64,000 nucleotides of DNA. It comes from Candidatus Palauibacter sp. (GTDB lineage: Bacteria > Gemmatimonadota > Gemmatimonadetes > Palauibacterales > Palauibacteraceae). The stretch is from NCBI RefSeq assembly GCF_965208055.1, contig NZ_CBDBNY010000004.1, forward strand, positions 2,814,029 through 2,878,028. The letters run 5' to 3'. A program made the translations under genes and the position numbers. Positions 28,288-37,073 of the stretch are shown piece by piece (the first letter of the stretch is position 1; every line of letters begins with the position of its first letter). The notes beneath the pieces are model-generated. The model did not search any database and was not told the origin of the DNA. It was given only the letters and a program-made list of their open reading frames with translations.

Positions 28288-28603
28288 GAGTTCTCCTTCG
28301 AGGAGTGGTTGATCGGAGGCGTGTGTCACCTCCGGCTCCCCTCGCGCGACTCCTCTGCGCCTCAAGGTATCAAAAAGATAGCTATGCGGACGGAACACGG
28401 CAATATATGCCATTAGATGTCGCTTTATCCATCAGATCGGCGTTTGTCAAATCACCACCGAAACGGCGAGTGCCGCGTCGCTTTCGTTCCGAGAAACGCT
28501 CCGGCATGTTCAGAAGAGCCACGAGCGGTCTAGTCCAGGGGAACGGGCGGTGATCATCGTTCGGGGGAGTGTCACAAGACGGCGCGATACCGGAGGGTGA
28601 TGA

Positions 28604-29581
28604 ATGATGAATCAGCGGCGGATTCTGTGCTGGCTACTGGTCGTGTCGGCGGGCGGCTGCGGCACGTCGCAGGAAGCTTCGTTAGGTGCCACACGGGCGG
28701 GGCCGGCGACGTCGGATCCCTACGCGCACGGGTTCACGGACGCGGACTATCCGCGCGTGATCGAAGTCGCGGACGACGTCTACGCCTACGAGCAGATCCA
28801 TGCGGCCGGGGGCGAGATCATCACGACGGTGAGCCTCATCGTCATCACGCCGGAAGGGGTGCTCGTCGCGGACGGTCAGGAGAATCCCGAGGAGACCCAG
28901 CGGCTCGTCGACACGATCGCGGGCATGACGGACCGGCCGATCACGCACGTCGTGGTCGCTTCGGATCACGGGGACCACACGGGCGGGAACTCCGCCTTCC
29001 CCTCGGAGGCTCGCTTCCTTGCGCACCCCACTTCCGCGGCGATCCTGGAGGCGAGCGCGGCGGACCCGAACCGGCCGGCGGAGGCGCCCCCGGTCATCGT
29101 CCCGACCGAGGTCGTGGGCGACGATACCGTGCTCGAACTCGGCGGGCGCGAGATCCGGCTCCTTCATCTCGGCCGCGCGCACACCGGGGGGGACCTTGTC
29201 GTGTACGTGCCCGAGGGGAAGGTGCTGTTCATGAGCGAGACGTACCTGAAGCACATCTTCCCGGCCATGCGGTCCGCGTATCCCTCGGAGTGGGTGGCGA
29301 TGCTGGACCGCGCGCTCGAGATGGACGTGGATGTCTACGTCCCCGGACACGGGGTGATGGAGTCGCCGGAGATTCTCGAGGCCGGCCTCGTGTCGTTCCG
29401 CGCTGCGGTGCAGCAGGTTGTGGAGGAGGCGACGCGATTCCACGGCGAAGGGATGAGCGCCGAAGAGGCCGCCGAGGCGGCGATGTTCGGCGCCATCGAG
29501 GAATGGTCGCTGCGAGACAGCCAGAAGCCGCGCGCGATTCAGCGCGTCTACATGGAGCTGAACGGAGAGTTGCCGGGATGA
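28604..29581 (+). CDS. MBL-fold metallo-hydrolase lipoprotein
   Basis: Lipobox-like AGGC, SDHGDHTGGN, AHTGGD, VPGHG. Confidence 0.85.
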   Translation: MMNQRRILCWLLVVSAGGCGTSQEASLGATRAGPATSDPYAHGFTDADYPRVIEVADDVYAYEQIHAAGGEIITTVSLIVITPEGVLVADGQENPEETQRLVDTIAGMTDRPITHVVVASDHGDHTGGNSAFPSEARFLAHPTSAAILEASAADPNRPAEAPPVIVPTEVVGDDTVLELGGREIRLLHLGRAHTGGDLVVYVPEGKVLFMSETYLKHIFPAMRSAYPSEWVAMLDRALEMDVDVYVPGHGVMESPEILEAGLVSFRAAVQQVVEEATRFHGEGMSAEEAAEAAMFGAIEEWSLRDSQKPRAIQRVYMELNGELPG

Positions 29582-31689
29582 GCGAGATCAGCGCGCGGAT
29601 GAGGCGAAGGCTCGGGCTCCTCGCCGTCGCGGTGGGCTTCGCGCTGGGCGTGGGCGGAGTCCGGGGGCAGTCGCACGTAACCGTGGATATCGGGGCCCGG
29701 GATCCCGCGTTCTCGCCGGACGGGTCGACGATCGCGGTCTCCATCCTGGGGAAGATCTGGACGCTTCCCGCCGAGGGCGGCACGGCGCGCCAGCTCACGG
29801 ACGGGGCCACGTGGGACACGCGGCCCGCCTGGTCGCCGGACGGCCGCTTCCTCGCCTACGCCGCGAGATCCCGCCAGGGGGCGGACATTCTCGTCCGCAA
29901 CATGGCCACGGGGGGCGTCCGCTTCCTGCATGGCGTCCCGGGGTCGGTCGGGCACATGCAGTTCCACCCGGACGGAAGCCAACTCTTCTTCGTGGACGAC
30001 CGCTCGCAGTACGAGGCGCACGTGTGGCGGATCCCGCTGGCGGGGGGCGAGGCGGAGCAGATCACGCACACGCAGAGCTGGCACGAGTGGTCGTTCGCCC
30101 TCTCGCCGGACGGGAACCGGATCCTCCTCGAGACGGGGCGCTTCGACGGCACGGACCTGTACGAACTCGACCTGGAGGAGATGTCGCTCGAGCGGGTCAC
30201 GGACACGCTGGAGCGGGAGATGGCCGTAGCGTGGGCCCCGGACGGGACGCGGCGGGCGCACGTCATGACGCACAACGGCGCCGATCAGCTCGTCGTGTCG
30301 GTGCCGGGATGGCGGAAGCTTTTCCTGAGCGCCTTCGACCAGAAGCAGCTCGCGTTCCATCCCTCCGGCGAGTGGCTGCTCGTCCTCGGGGGGCGGCGGA
30401 TGCAGCGGCTGGACCTGGAGAGCGGAGAGTTCACTCCGATTCCCTTCGAGGCTCGCTTCTCGATCGCCGAGGATCCCGCGGACGATCTGCTGATCACGAA
30501 CGTCCGCCTGTTCGACGGCACGGGCGACGAGGCGGTCCCTGCGGCGGCGGTCCTCGTCCGGGACGGGAGGATCGCGGACGTGCGGATGGGGGAGGATGGC
30601 GGGATGCCCGACATCGGGCCGGACACGCCGGTCATCGACGGGGGCGGTCGCATGCTGCTCCCGGGGCTGATGGACAACCACTACCACTACTGGCAGCCCC
30701 TCGCCGGGGCGGATCTGCTCGCGGCCGGGGTCACGGCGATCCGCGATCCGGGCTCGGCGATCCAGGACGCGATGGACTTCAAGGATGCCGTGCGGATGGG
30801 CGTGCTGGCCGGCCCCGACGTGTACACCGCCGGCCCGCTGATCGACGGCCCCGCCGGCTACCACCCCCTGGTGGACGTGAGCATCGACGACCCCGCCGCC
30901 GCCCCGGCGCTGGTGCGCGCGCTCAAGGAACAGGGCGTCGATCTGCTCAAGGCGTACTTCCTCCTCGACCCGGATGTGCTTGCGGCCGTCGTGGCCGAGG
31001 CGCGCGTGCAGGGACTGCCGGTTACGGGGCACATCGGGGTTCGCACGAGTTGGCGGCAGGCGATCGAGGCCGGGATCAGCGGTTTCAACCACATTCGGGT
31101 GTGGCGCGACTTCCTGCCCCCCGAGATCCAGGCCGACGGTCGCGACATGTCGCTCGACGGCGGACGGAACCCGGTCGGGCGCATGCAGGCCGACTGGCGG
31201 GAGATCGATCCGGAGAGCGCCGAGGTCATGTCGCTCCTCGAACTCATGGCCGAGACGGAGACCGCACTCGACCCCACGCTGTTCATCCAGGAGATCGACG
31301 ACGGCGACCGCACGCGCTTCTCGCTGGAGGAGTTCCACAACGGACGGCAGGCCTACGAGCGCATGGGCGAGTTTGTCCGGCGCGCGGTGGAGGTCGGAGT
31401 CCCGCTGCTCGCGGGCACGGACAACGTCGGGCTGTTCAACGAACTCGAGGCGTACGCGAAGGCCGGTGTGCCGAACGCCGACATCCTGCGGGCCGCGACC
31501 GCGAACGGCGCGCGCTGGCTCGGGAAGGAGGACGACTTCGGGACGGTGCAGCCGGGGCGCCGGGCGCACCTGATCCTCGTGGACGGCGACCCGCTGGAAG
31601 ACATTGCCGACCTGCGCAACATCGATCTCGTGGTGAAGGACGGCGTGATCGTCTTCGGCGGTCCCCCGGCGGAGCCGCTGGTCCCGTGA
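29578..31689 (+). CDS. PD40/TolB-like propeller + amidohydrolase
   Basis: PAFSPDG/PAWSPDG repeats; PGLMDNHYH, VTGH, AGTD. Confidence 0.87.
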   Translation: MSEISARMRRRLGLLAVAVGFALGVGGVRGQSHVTVDIGARDPAFSPDGSTIAVSILGKIWTLPAEGGTARQLTDGATWDTRPAWSPDGRFLAYAARSRQGADILVRNMATGGVRFLHGVPGSVGHMQFHPDGSQLFFVDDRSQYEAHVWRIPLAGGEAEQITHTQSWHEWSFALSPDGNRILLETGRFDGTDLYELDLEEMSLERVTDTLEREMAVAWAPDGTRRAHVMTHNGADQLVVSVPGWRKLFLSAFDQKQLAFHPSGEWLLVLGGRRMQRLDLESGEFTPIPFEARFSIAEDPADDLLITNVRLFDGTGDEAVPAAAVLVRDGRIADVRMGEDGGMPDIGPDTPVIDGGGRMLLPGLMDNHYHYWQPLAGADLLAAGVTAIRDPGSAIQDAMDFKDAVRMGVLAGPDVYTAGPLIDGPAGYHPLVDVSIDDPAAAPALVRALKEQGVDLLKAYFLLDPDVLAAVVAEARVQGLPVTGHIGVRTSWRQAIEAGISGFNHIRVWRDFLPPEIQADGRDMSLDGGRNPVGRMQADWREIDPESAEVMSLLELMAETETALDPTLFIQEIDDGDRTRFSLEEFHNGRQAYERMGEFVRRAVEVGVPLLAGTDNVGLFNELEAYAKAGVPNADILRAATANGARWLGKEDDFGTVQPGRRAHLILVDGDPLEDIADLRNIDLVVKDGVIVFGGPPAEPLVP

Positions 31690-32450
31690 TCGACCCGGCC
31701 ATAACCGGCGCCGTCGAAGCCGTCTCCCTCGCGGCCCTGCAGGTGGAGCCGGCGGGCGGGCTCCTCCCGGCGCTCTCCGACAACCCGTTCCTCGCGCTCG
31801 GCGCGCTCTTCGGGGCGGGCGTGCTCACGAGCACGAACCCGTGCATCTGGCCGATGATCCCGATCACGTTCTCCGTCATCTCGGGGACGGCGGGCGAGGA
31901 CCAGCCGCGAAAGCGCACCATCGGACTCACGCTCACGTATGCTCTCGGGCTCGCGCTCCTCTATTCACTGCTGGGTGTCATCGCCGGCCTCAGCGGTACC
32001 GTGCTCGGCTCGATCGGGGCGAGCTTCTGGGCGCTGTTCGCGACCGGCAATCTCCTTCTCTTCTTCTCGCTGTTCATGCTCGACGTGTTCCCCGTCCCGG
32101 TGCCGAAGCGACTCCTGGCCTGGGCGAGCAGCCACGGCGGCGGGTCCTACCGGGCCGTGTTCCTGCTCGGCGCGACCTCCGGCATCGTGGCCGCGCCGTG
32201 CGGCGCTCCCGCCTTCGCCGTGGTCCTGACCTGGGTCGTCGCCGAACAGGCCGGGCTCATGGGGTTCGTCTACCTGTTCACCTTCTCGATCGGCATGACC
32301 GCCGTGCTCATCGCGGTGGGTCTCTTCTCGGGAACGGTCGCGGTGTTGCCGAAGTCGGGAACGTGGATGATCTGGATGAAACGGGCCGCCGCCGCCATCA
32401 TGATCGGGATGGCGCAGTTCTACCTCATCCGGGCGGGATATTTTCTGTGA
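31686..32450 (+). CDS. ccdA: CcdA/DsbD transmembrane electron-transfer protein
   Basis: TSTNPCIWPMIP, AAPCGAP, LPKSGTWM. Confidence 0.88.
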   Translation: MIDPAITGAVEAVSLAALQVEPAGGLLPALSDNPFLALGALFGAGVLTSTNPCIWPMIPITFSVISGTAGEDQPRKRTIGLTLTYALGLALLYSLLGVIAGLSGTVLGSIGASFWALFATGNLLLFFSLFMLDVFPVPVPKRLLAWASSHGGGSYRAVFLLGATSGIVAAPCGAPAFAVVLTWVVAEQAGLMGFVYLFTFSIGMTAVLIAVGLFSGTVAVLPKSGTWMIWMKRAAAAIMIGMAQFYLIRAGYFL

Positions 32451-33001
32451 TCTTTGAATCTGCGAACTCTGAATTCAGGCGGATCGCGTTGCCGGCGATC
32501 GTTGCGTTGGTCGCGCTTGCCGGTCCCCTGAGCGGTCAGGCGGGCGCGGGGCAGGTGAGCCTCGCCACCGGCACGGCGGGACCCGACGCCGCGCTGGAGG
32601 ATCTGGACGGAAACGCCGTCCAACTCCTCGACTACGCCGCCGGCAAGCCCACGCTCATCGAGTTCTGGGCCGCGTGGTGCGAGCAGTGCGAGGGCCTCCA
32701 ACCCGAGATCGACGAAGTGGTGGCCGACTACGGGGAGCAGGTGAACGTCGTCGCCGTGGCCGTGGCCGTGGCCCAGTCGCTGCGGCGGGTGAGGCGACAC
32801 GCAGAGGCGCACGGGGCGGGATACCCCTACCTGTGGGATGCCGAGGGCGAGGCGGTGCGCGCCTACTCCGCGACCACGACCTCGATCGTCGTGATCCTCG
32901 ATGCGGAAGGGAAGGTCGCCTACACCGGCGTCGGCCCCGACCAGGACCTCGTCGGGGCCGTCACCGGAATCCTCTCCGCTCGGCAAGCGGGAGAGGATTA
33001 G
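32447..33001 (+). CDS. TlpA-like thiol-disulfide oxidoreductase
   Basis: Signal peptide, FWAAWCEQC. Confidence 0.88.
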   Translation: MIFESANSEFRRIALPAIVALVALAGPLSGQAGAGQVSLATGTAGPDAALEDLDGNAVQLLDYAAGKPTLIEFWAAWCEQCEGLQPEIDEVVADYGEQVNVVAVAVAVAQSLRRVRRHAEAHGAGYPYLWDAEGEAVRAYSATTTSIVVILDAEGKVAYTGVGPDQDLVGAVTGILSARQAGED

Positions 33002-33004
33002 TTC

Positions 33005-33601
33005 CTACGGGTCCACAGGCTCGGGCGTCACCTCGTCGATGATGGCGGCGAGTTCGTTGTAGGCGGCCGGGTCGACCTGGTTGAAGCTCGGAATGACGCC
33101 CGCCACACGGCCATCGGGCCCCACCACGATCACGGCGCGGCTGTCCACCGCGTTGCTTTCCCTCAGGCCTCCGCCGAAGGCGACGTACGTCCCCCCCTCA
33201 TTGTCCGCGTCGCTCCCGAACAGGAAGGGGAAGTCCTCGTCCTTCAGCCATGACGCGAGTTCGTCGACCGGGTCGTTCGAGATGCCCACGAGAACCACGT
33301 TCCGGCCCTCGTTGAATACGCTTGCGTACTGATCACGGTACGCTCTCATCTGAACCGTTCAGCCACGCGTCCTGACTCTGAAGAAGAAGGCGAGGACGAC
33401 GGTCTCGCCCCGGTAGTCGCTGAGCCGGATCGGGTTCTCCAGCGCCCCGTACCGGGTCGCCCCCGGCAGCGCGAAGTCCGGCGCCATCTCGCCCACGGCG
33501 AGCAGTTGCGAGTCCTGCGCGCTCACCGGGGCCGCGCCTCCGATGGCGAGCGTTCCGGCCAGGCCCAGCGCGAGGGCTGCGGCCAGGACAAGTCTCCGCA
33601 T
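33005..33601 (-). CDS. Exported AhpC/TSA peroxiredoxin-like selenoprotein (Sec at UGA 33361-33359)
   Basis: Two in-frame ORFs joined by one TGA at the TxxC position: GEMAPDFALP...VVLAFFFRVRTRG-U-TVQM...VGISND...SRAVIVVGPDG. Confidence 0.85.
33324..33343 (-). promoter_or_regulatory. Putative bacterial SECIS hairpin
   Basis: GCGUAC-CGUGAUCA-GUACGC stem-loop starting 15 nt after the in-frame UGA. Confidence 0.65.
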
Positions 33602-33747
33602 GTCTCGGTCCTTTCGTGCGGGTGGAAGAACGGTGGAAGAGCCATGCCGAAGGGTGGCGCGCCCCCCGCGTTCGCGCCAGAGTTGAGCAACGCCTCGCCG
33701 CCGGAGGCCGAACTCAGATTCCGACCCTGCCCTCAAGGAGGCGCCTC

Positions 33748-35223
33748 ATGACCCATCGATTCCGAGGCCGTCCGTGGCGTCGCGCCGCCGCCTTCGTCGT
33801 CGCCGTCGTGCTCGCGGCTCCCGCGTCCGGGTGCGCCCAGGGGAACGGCGATCCCGTGAACGATCCGCGCTTCGAGCAGGCGGTGGCGCTGTTCGAGGCG
33901 TGGCTCGACGCGAAGATGGCGTACGAGAAGATCCCCGGCGTGTCCGCGGCGCTCGTGCACGACCAGGACCTCGTCTGGGCCCGGGGCTACGGGTACGCGC
34001 ACCGGGAGACCGAGGTCCCCGCGACCCCGTCGACGATGTATTCGGTGTGCTCGATCTCGAAGCTCTTCACCTCCATCGGCGTGATGCAGCAGCGGGACGA
34101 GGGCAAGCTGGGTCTCGACGACCCCGTCTCCACGCACCTTCCGCGGTACGACCTCGCCCAAGTCTATCCCGACGGTCCGAGCGTGAGCGTGGAGGGAATC
34201 CTCACCCACTCCTCGGGACTCCCGCGCGAATCGGCGCACCCCTACTGGACGGGTCCCGACCATCCCTTCCCCACCGCGGACGAGATCATCGAAGGGCTCG
34301 CGGAGCAGGAGACGCTCTACCCCGGACGCCGCTACTTCCAGTACTCGAACCTGGGCATGGCGCTGGCGGGGCAGTTGGTCGAGCAGGCTTCGGGGATGGG
34401 GTACGACGAGTACATCCGGAGCCGGATCCTGGAGCCGCTGGGGATGTCGGACACGTACCCGGACATTCCCGTCGAGCACAGGGGCGGCCGCTACGCCACC
34501 GGGTATTCGCGGCTCGAGCGGGACGGCCAACGGGCCGAGGCCCCCTTCTTCCAGGCGCTGGGGATGGCGTCCGCGGCGGGGTTCGCCTCCACCGTCGAGG
34601 ATCTGGCGCGCCTCGCCTCGTGGCAGTTCCGGCTGCTGGAGAACGGGGGGACGGAGATTCTCGACGCGAACACGCTGAGGGAGATGCACCGCGTGCACTG
34701 GGTCGACCCCGACTTCGACACGATGTGGGGGCTCGGGTTCGCGGTCTCGCGCCGCGACGGGGAACGCGCGGTGGGCCACGGCGGGAGTTGCCCGGGCTTC
34801 CGCTCGACCTTCCAGCTCATTCCGGCGAAAAAGCTGGCGGGCGTGGTGATGATGAACGCCCTCGCCAACCCCACCGACGTGTGGACGAAGATGATGGCGA
34901 CGCTCGGCGCGGCGTTCGAGGAAATCCGGAGCGACCCGGGCGGCGGCACCGCGCGTCCGGCATCTCTGGCGGAGTACGAGGGACTGTACCAGTCCACGTG
35001 GGGAGAGACGGTCATCCTCCGATGGGACGATGGTCTCGCGGCCCTCGGCGTCCCCTCGAACGATCCGCTCGAAGCGATGACGAAGCTGCGGCACGAGGGT
35101 GGCGATACATTCCGGCGCATACGGGACGACGGCGAACCGGGAGAGGCGTACATCTTCCACCGGGAGGACGGCGCCATCGCCCGGTACAGCGTCCACGGAA
35201 ACTTCTCGAACAAGGTCCGGTAG
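33748..35223 (+). CDS. Serine hydrolase (beta-lactamase family) lipoprotein
   Basis: ASGC lipobox-like, SISK, LTHSSG, YSN, HGG. Confidence 0.9.
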   Translation: MTHRFRGRPWRRAAAFVVAVVLAAPASGCAQGNGDPVNDPRFEQAVALFEAWLDAKMAYEKIPGVSAALVHDQDLVWARGYGYAHRETEVPATPSTMYSVCSISKLFTSIGVMQQRDEGKLGLDDPVSTHLPRYDLAQVYPDGPSVSVEGILTHSSGLPRESAHPYWTGPDHPFPTADEIIEGLAEQETLYPGRRYFQYSNLGMALAGQLVEQASGMGYDEYIRSRILEPLGMSDTYPDIPVEHRGGRYATGYSRLERDGQRAEAPFFQALGMASAAGFASTVEDLARLASWQFRLLENGGTEILDANTLREMHRVHWVDPDFDTMWGLGFAVSRRDGERAVGHGGSCPGFRSTFQLIPAKKLAGVVMMNALANPTDVWTKMMATLGAAFEEIRSDPGGGTARPASLAEYEGLYQSTWGETVILRWDDGLAALGVPSNDPLEAMTKLRHEGGDTFRRIRDDGEPGEAYIFHREDGAIARYSVHGNFSNKVR

Positions 35224-35229
35224 CGGACG

Positions 35230-36486
35230 ATGACGACGGCGACGACAATTTCCGGTGCTTCCGGCAGTCTCATACCCGAGGCGGCGACGCGCGAAGGGAA
35301 CGACCCGATCTTCGCCCTGCACGGGGAGGCGGTGCGGCGGGCCGCGGCGGGCGAGTCGATCCTGAACTCGACGCTCGGGGCGCTGATGAACGACGACGGG
35401 AGCCTCGCGGTGATGCCCGCGGCCGCCGAGGCGCTGGCGCGGGTGCCGCACGCGCGGGCCGCCGGCTATGCGCCGATCTCGGGCGACCCTCCGTACCTGG
35501 CCGCGGTGATCGCGGACCTCTGCGGGGACGGCGGTCTGGCCGGACAGGCGGTCGCCGTCGCCACGCCGGGGAGTACCGGGGCGATCCACCACGCGATCCT
35601 CAACTTCCTCGAGCCGGGACAGGCGGCGCTCACGCCCAGCTACTACTGGGGTCCGTACCACACGATCTCGACCCATTCCGGTCGCGCGATCGAGACCTTC
35701 AATACGTTCGATGCCGCGATCCGCCTCGATCTGGATGCGTTCAAGGCGGCGCTCGAAGGCCAGATCGAGCGGCAGGGGCGGTCGCTCGTCCTGTTCAACT
35801 TCCCCTGCAACAACCCCACGGGCTACTCGCTCGACGAGTCGGAGTGGGAGGCCGTGGCGGAGATCGTGCGGGAGGTCGGCCGCCGGGGTCCCGTCGCGTT
35901 CCTCCTCGACCACGCGTACGCGAAGTTCGGCGACGAGGCGTCCAACCGCTGGATCGACTACATCCCGCGGATGCTGGAGTCGGCGACGGTTCTCGTGGGC
36001 TGGACCGTGTCGAAGTCGTTCGCCCTCTACGGCGCGCGGGTGGGCGCGCTCGTGGCGCTCCACCGGGAGGCGGAGGAGCGGCGGCGGATCTCGAACGCGC
36101 TCGGGTTCTCATGCCGCGCCACGTGGTCGAACTGCAACCACCTCGGCCTGCTCGGCGCCACCGAACTCCTCACGGATCCGGAACTGCGCCGGCGCACCGA
36201 TGAGGAGCGCGCCGGGATGATTCGCCTCCTCAACGAGCGCGTCGCGGTCTTCAACGAGCTTGCCGGGGGCGCGGGGCTGTCCTACCCCCGCTACGAGGGC
36301 GGCTTCTTCGTCTCGGTGTTCACGCCGGACGCGGAGGTGACGGCCGCAACCATGCGCGAGGCCGGGGTGTATGTGGTGCCGATGGGGGGCGCGGTGCGGA
36401 TCGCGCTGTGCGCCACGCCGGCGCACTCGATTCCCCGGCTGGTCAAAGCGCTGGCCGAGGGCATCGCGACCGCCCGCGCCGCCTGA
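35230..36486 (+). CDS. Class I/II PLP aminotransferase
   Basis: NNPTG, DHAY, TVSKSFALYGARVG. Confidence 0.9.
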   Translation: MTTATTISGASGSLIPEAATREGNDPIFALHGEAVRRAAAGESILNSTLGALMNDDGSLAVMPAAAEALARVPHARAAGYAPISGDPPYLAAVIADLCGDGGLAGQAVAVATPGSTGAIHHAILNFLEPGQAALTPSYYWGPYHTISTHSGRAIETFNTFDAAIRLDLDAFKAALEGQIERQGRSLVLFNFPCNNPTGYSLDESEWEAVAEIVREVGRRGPVAFLLDHAYAKFGDEASNRWIDYIPRMLESATVLVGWTVSKSFALYGARVGALVALHREAEERRRISNALGFSCRATWSNCNHLGLLGATELLTDPELRRRTDEERAGMIRLLNERVAVFNELAGGAGLSYPRYEGGFFVSVFTPDAEVTAATMREAGVYVVPMGGAVRIALCATPAHSIPRLVKALAEGIATARAA

Positions 36487-36509
36487 ACGGTCCGTCCGGG
36501 AGAACGACG

Positions 36510-37037
36510 ATGGAACGACACAAGACAGCTCTGGTGCTGGCTCCGGCCCTCGTGCTCGTCGCCGCCGCGGCCGGTTGCGCCGGCCAGGCGCCGCTGACGG
36601 ATGCCGAGAAGCTCGCGCGCGTGGAAGAGATGGTGGAGGAAGTCGAACGGCGCTTTCCGGAGGTGGAAGCGGTCACGGTCGAAGAGGTGGGGCGGCTGCT
36701 CGAGTCCGGAGGCGTGGTGCTCGTCGACGCCCGGGCGGAGCGTGAGCGCGAGATCTCCTGGATCCCGGGCTCCATCACCTCCGAGGAGTTCGAGCGGGAT
36801 CCGGACCGCTACGCGGAGCTGACTGTCGTGGCGTACTGCACGATCGGGCACCGGAGTTCGGAGTACGCGAAGCGGCAGAACGAGGACGGTCGGCGCGTCC
36901 TCAACCTCCGGGGCAGCCTCCTCTCGTGGACCCACGCCGGCGCGCCGCTCGTGGGCCCGGACGGGCCGACCAACCGCCTCCATGTCTACGGGAAGACCTG
37001 GGACCTCGCCCCCGAACGCTACGAAACGATCTGGTGA
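36510..37037 (+). CDS. Rhodanese-like lipoprotein
   Basis: AAGC lipobox, LVDAR, IPGS, YCTIGHRS. Confidence 0.85.
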   Translation: MERHKTALVLAPALVLVAAAAGCAGQAPLTDAEKLARVEEMVEEVERRFPEVEAVTVEEVGRLLESGGVVLVDARAEREREISWIPGSITSEEFERDPDRYAELTVVAYCTIGHRSSEYAKRQNEDGRRVLNLRGSLLSWTHAGAPLVGPDGPTNRLHVYGKTWDLAPERYETIW

Positions 37038-37073
37038 GGACGGCGAAGGCCGCCGCCGGTCCGCGCGGTCCCG

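Larger units (their letters stand above)
25932..28535. mobile_element. Putative horizontally acquired islet with imperfect terminal inverted repeats
   Basis: Visibly AT-richer than flanks; GACCAGTCCGGCTCGTGG (25932-25949) is a near reverse complement of CCACGAGCGGTCTAGTC (28519-28535); no recombinase present. Confidence 0.4.

Noticed and set aside
28422-28450. Minus-strand promoter TTGACA-N17-TAAAGC upstream of the thermonuclease
   Set aside because: The -35 is perfect but the -10 is poor, so it is too weak to call.
28597-31689. Apparent long fusions in the ORF track (28597-31689, 29811-32450, 53191-56886, 6468-8687, 60601-61740)
   Set aside because: The N-terminal parts are off-frame reads of the upstream genes; the real starts are 29578, 31686, 55495, 7680 and 61306.
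33005-33736. Two separate small genes, or a pseudogene with a nonsense mutation
   Set aside because: The stop sits exactly at the catalytic Cys position with a downstream hairpin, which selenocysteine recoding explains better.
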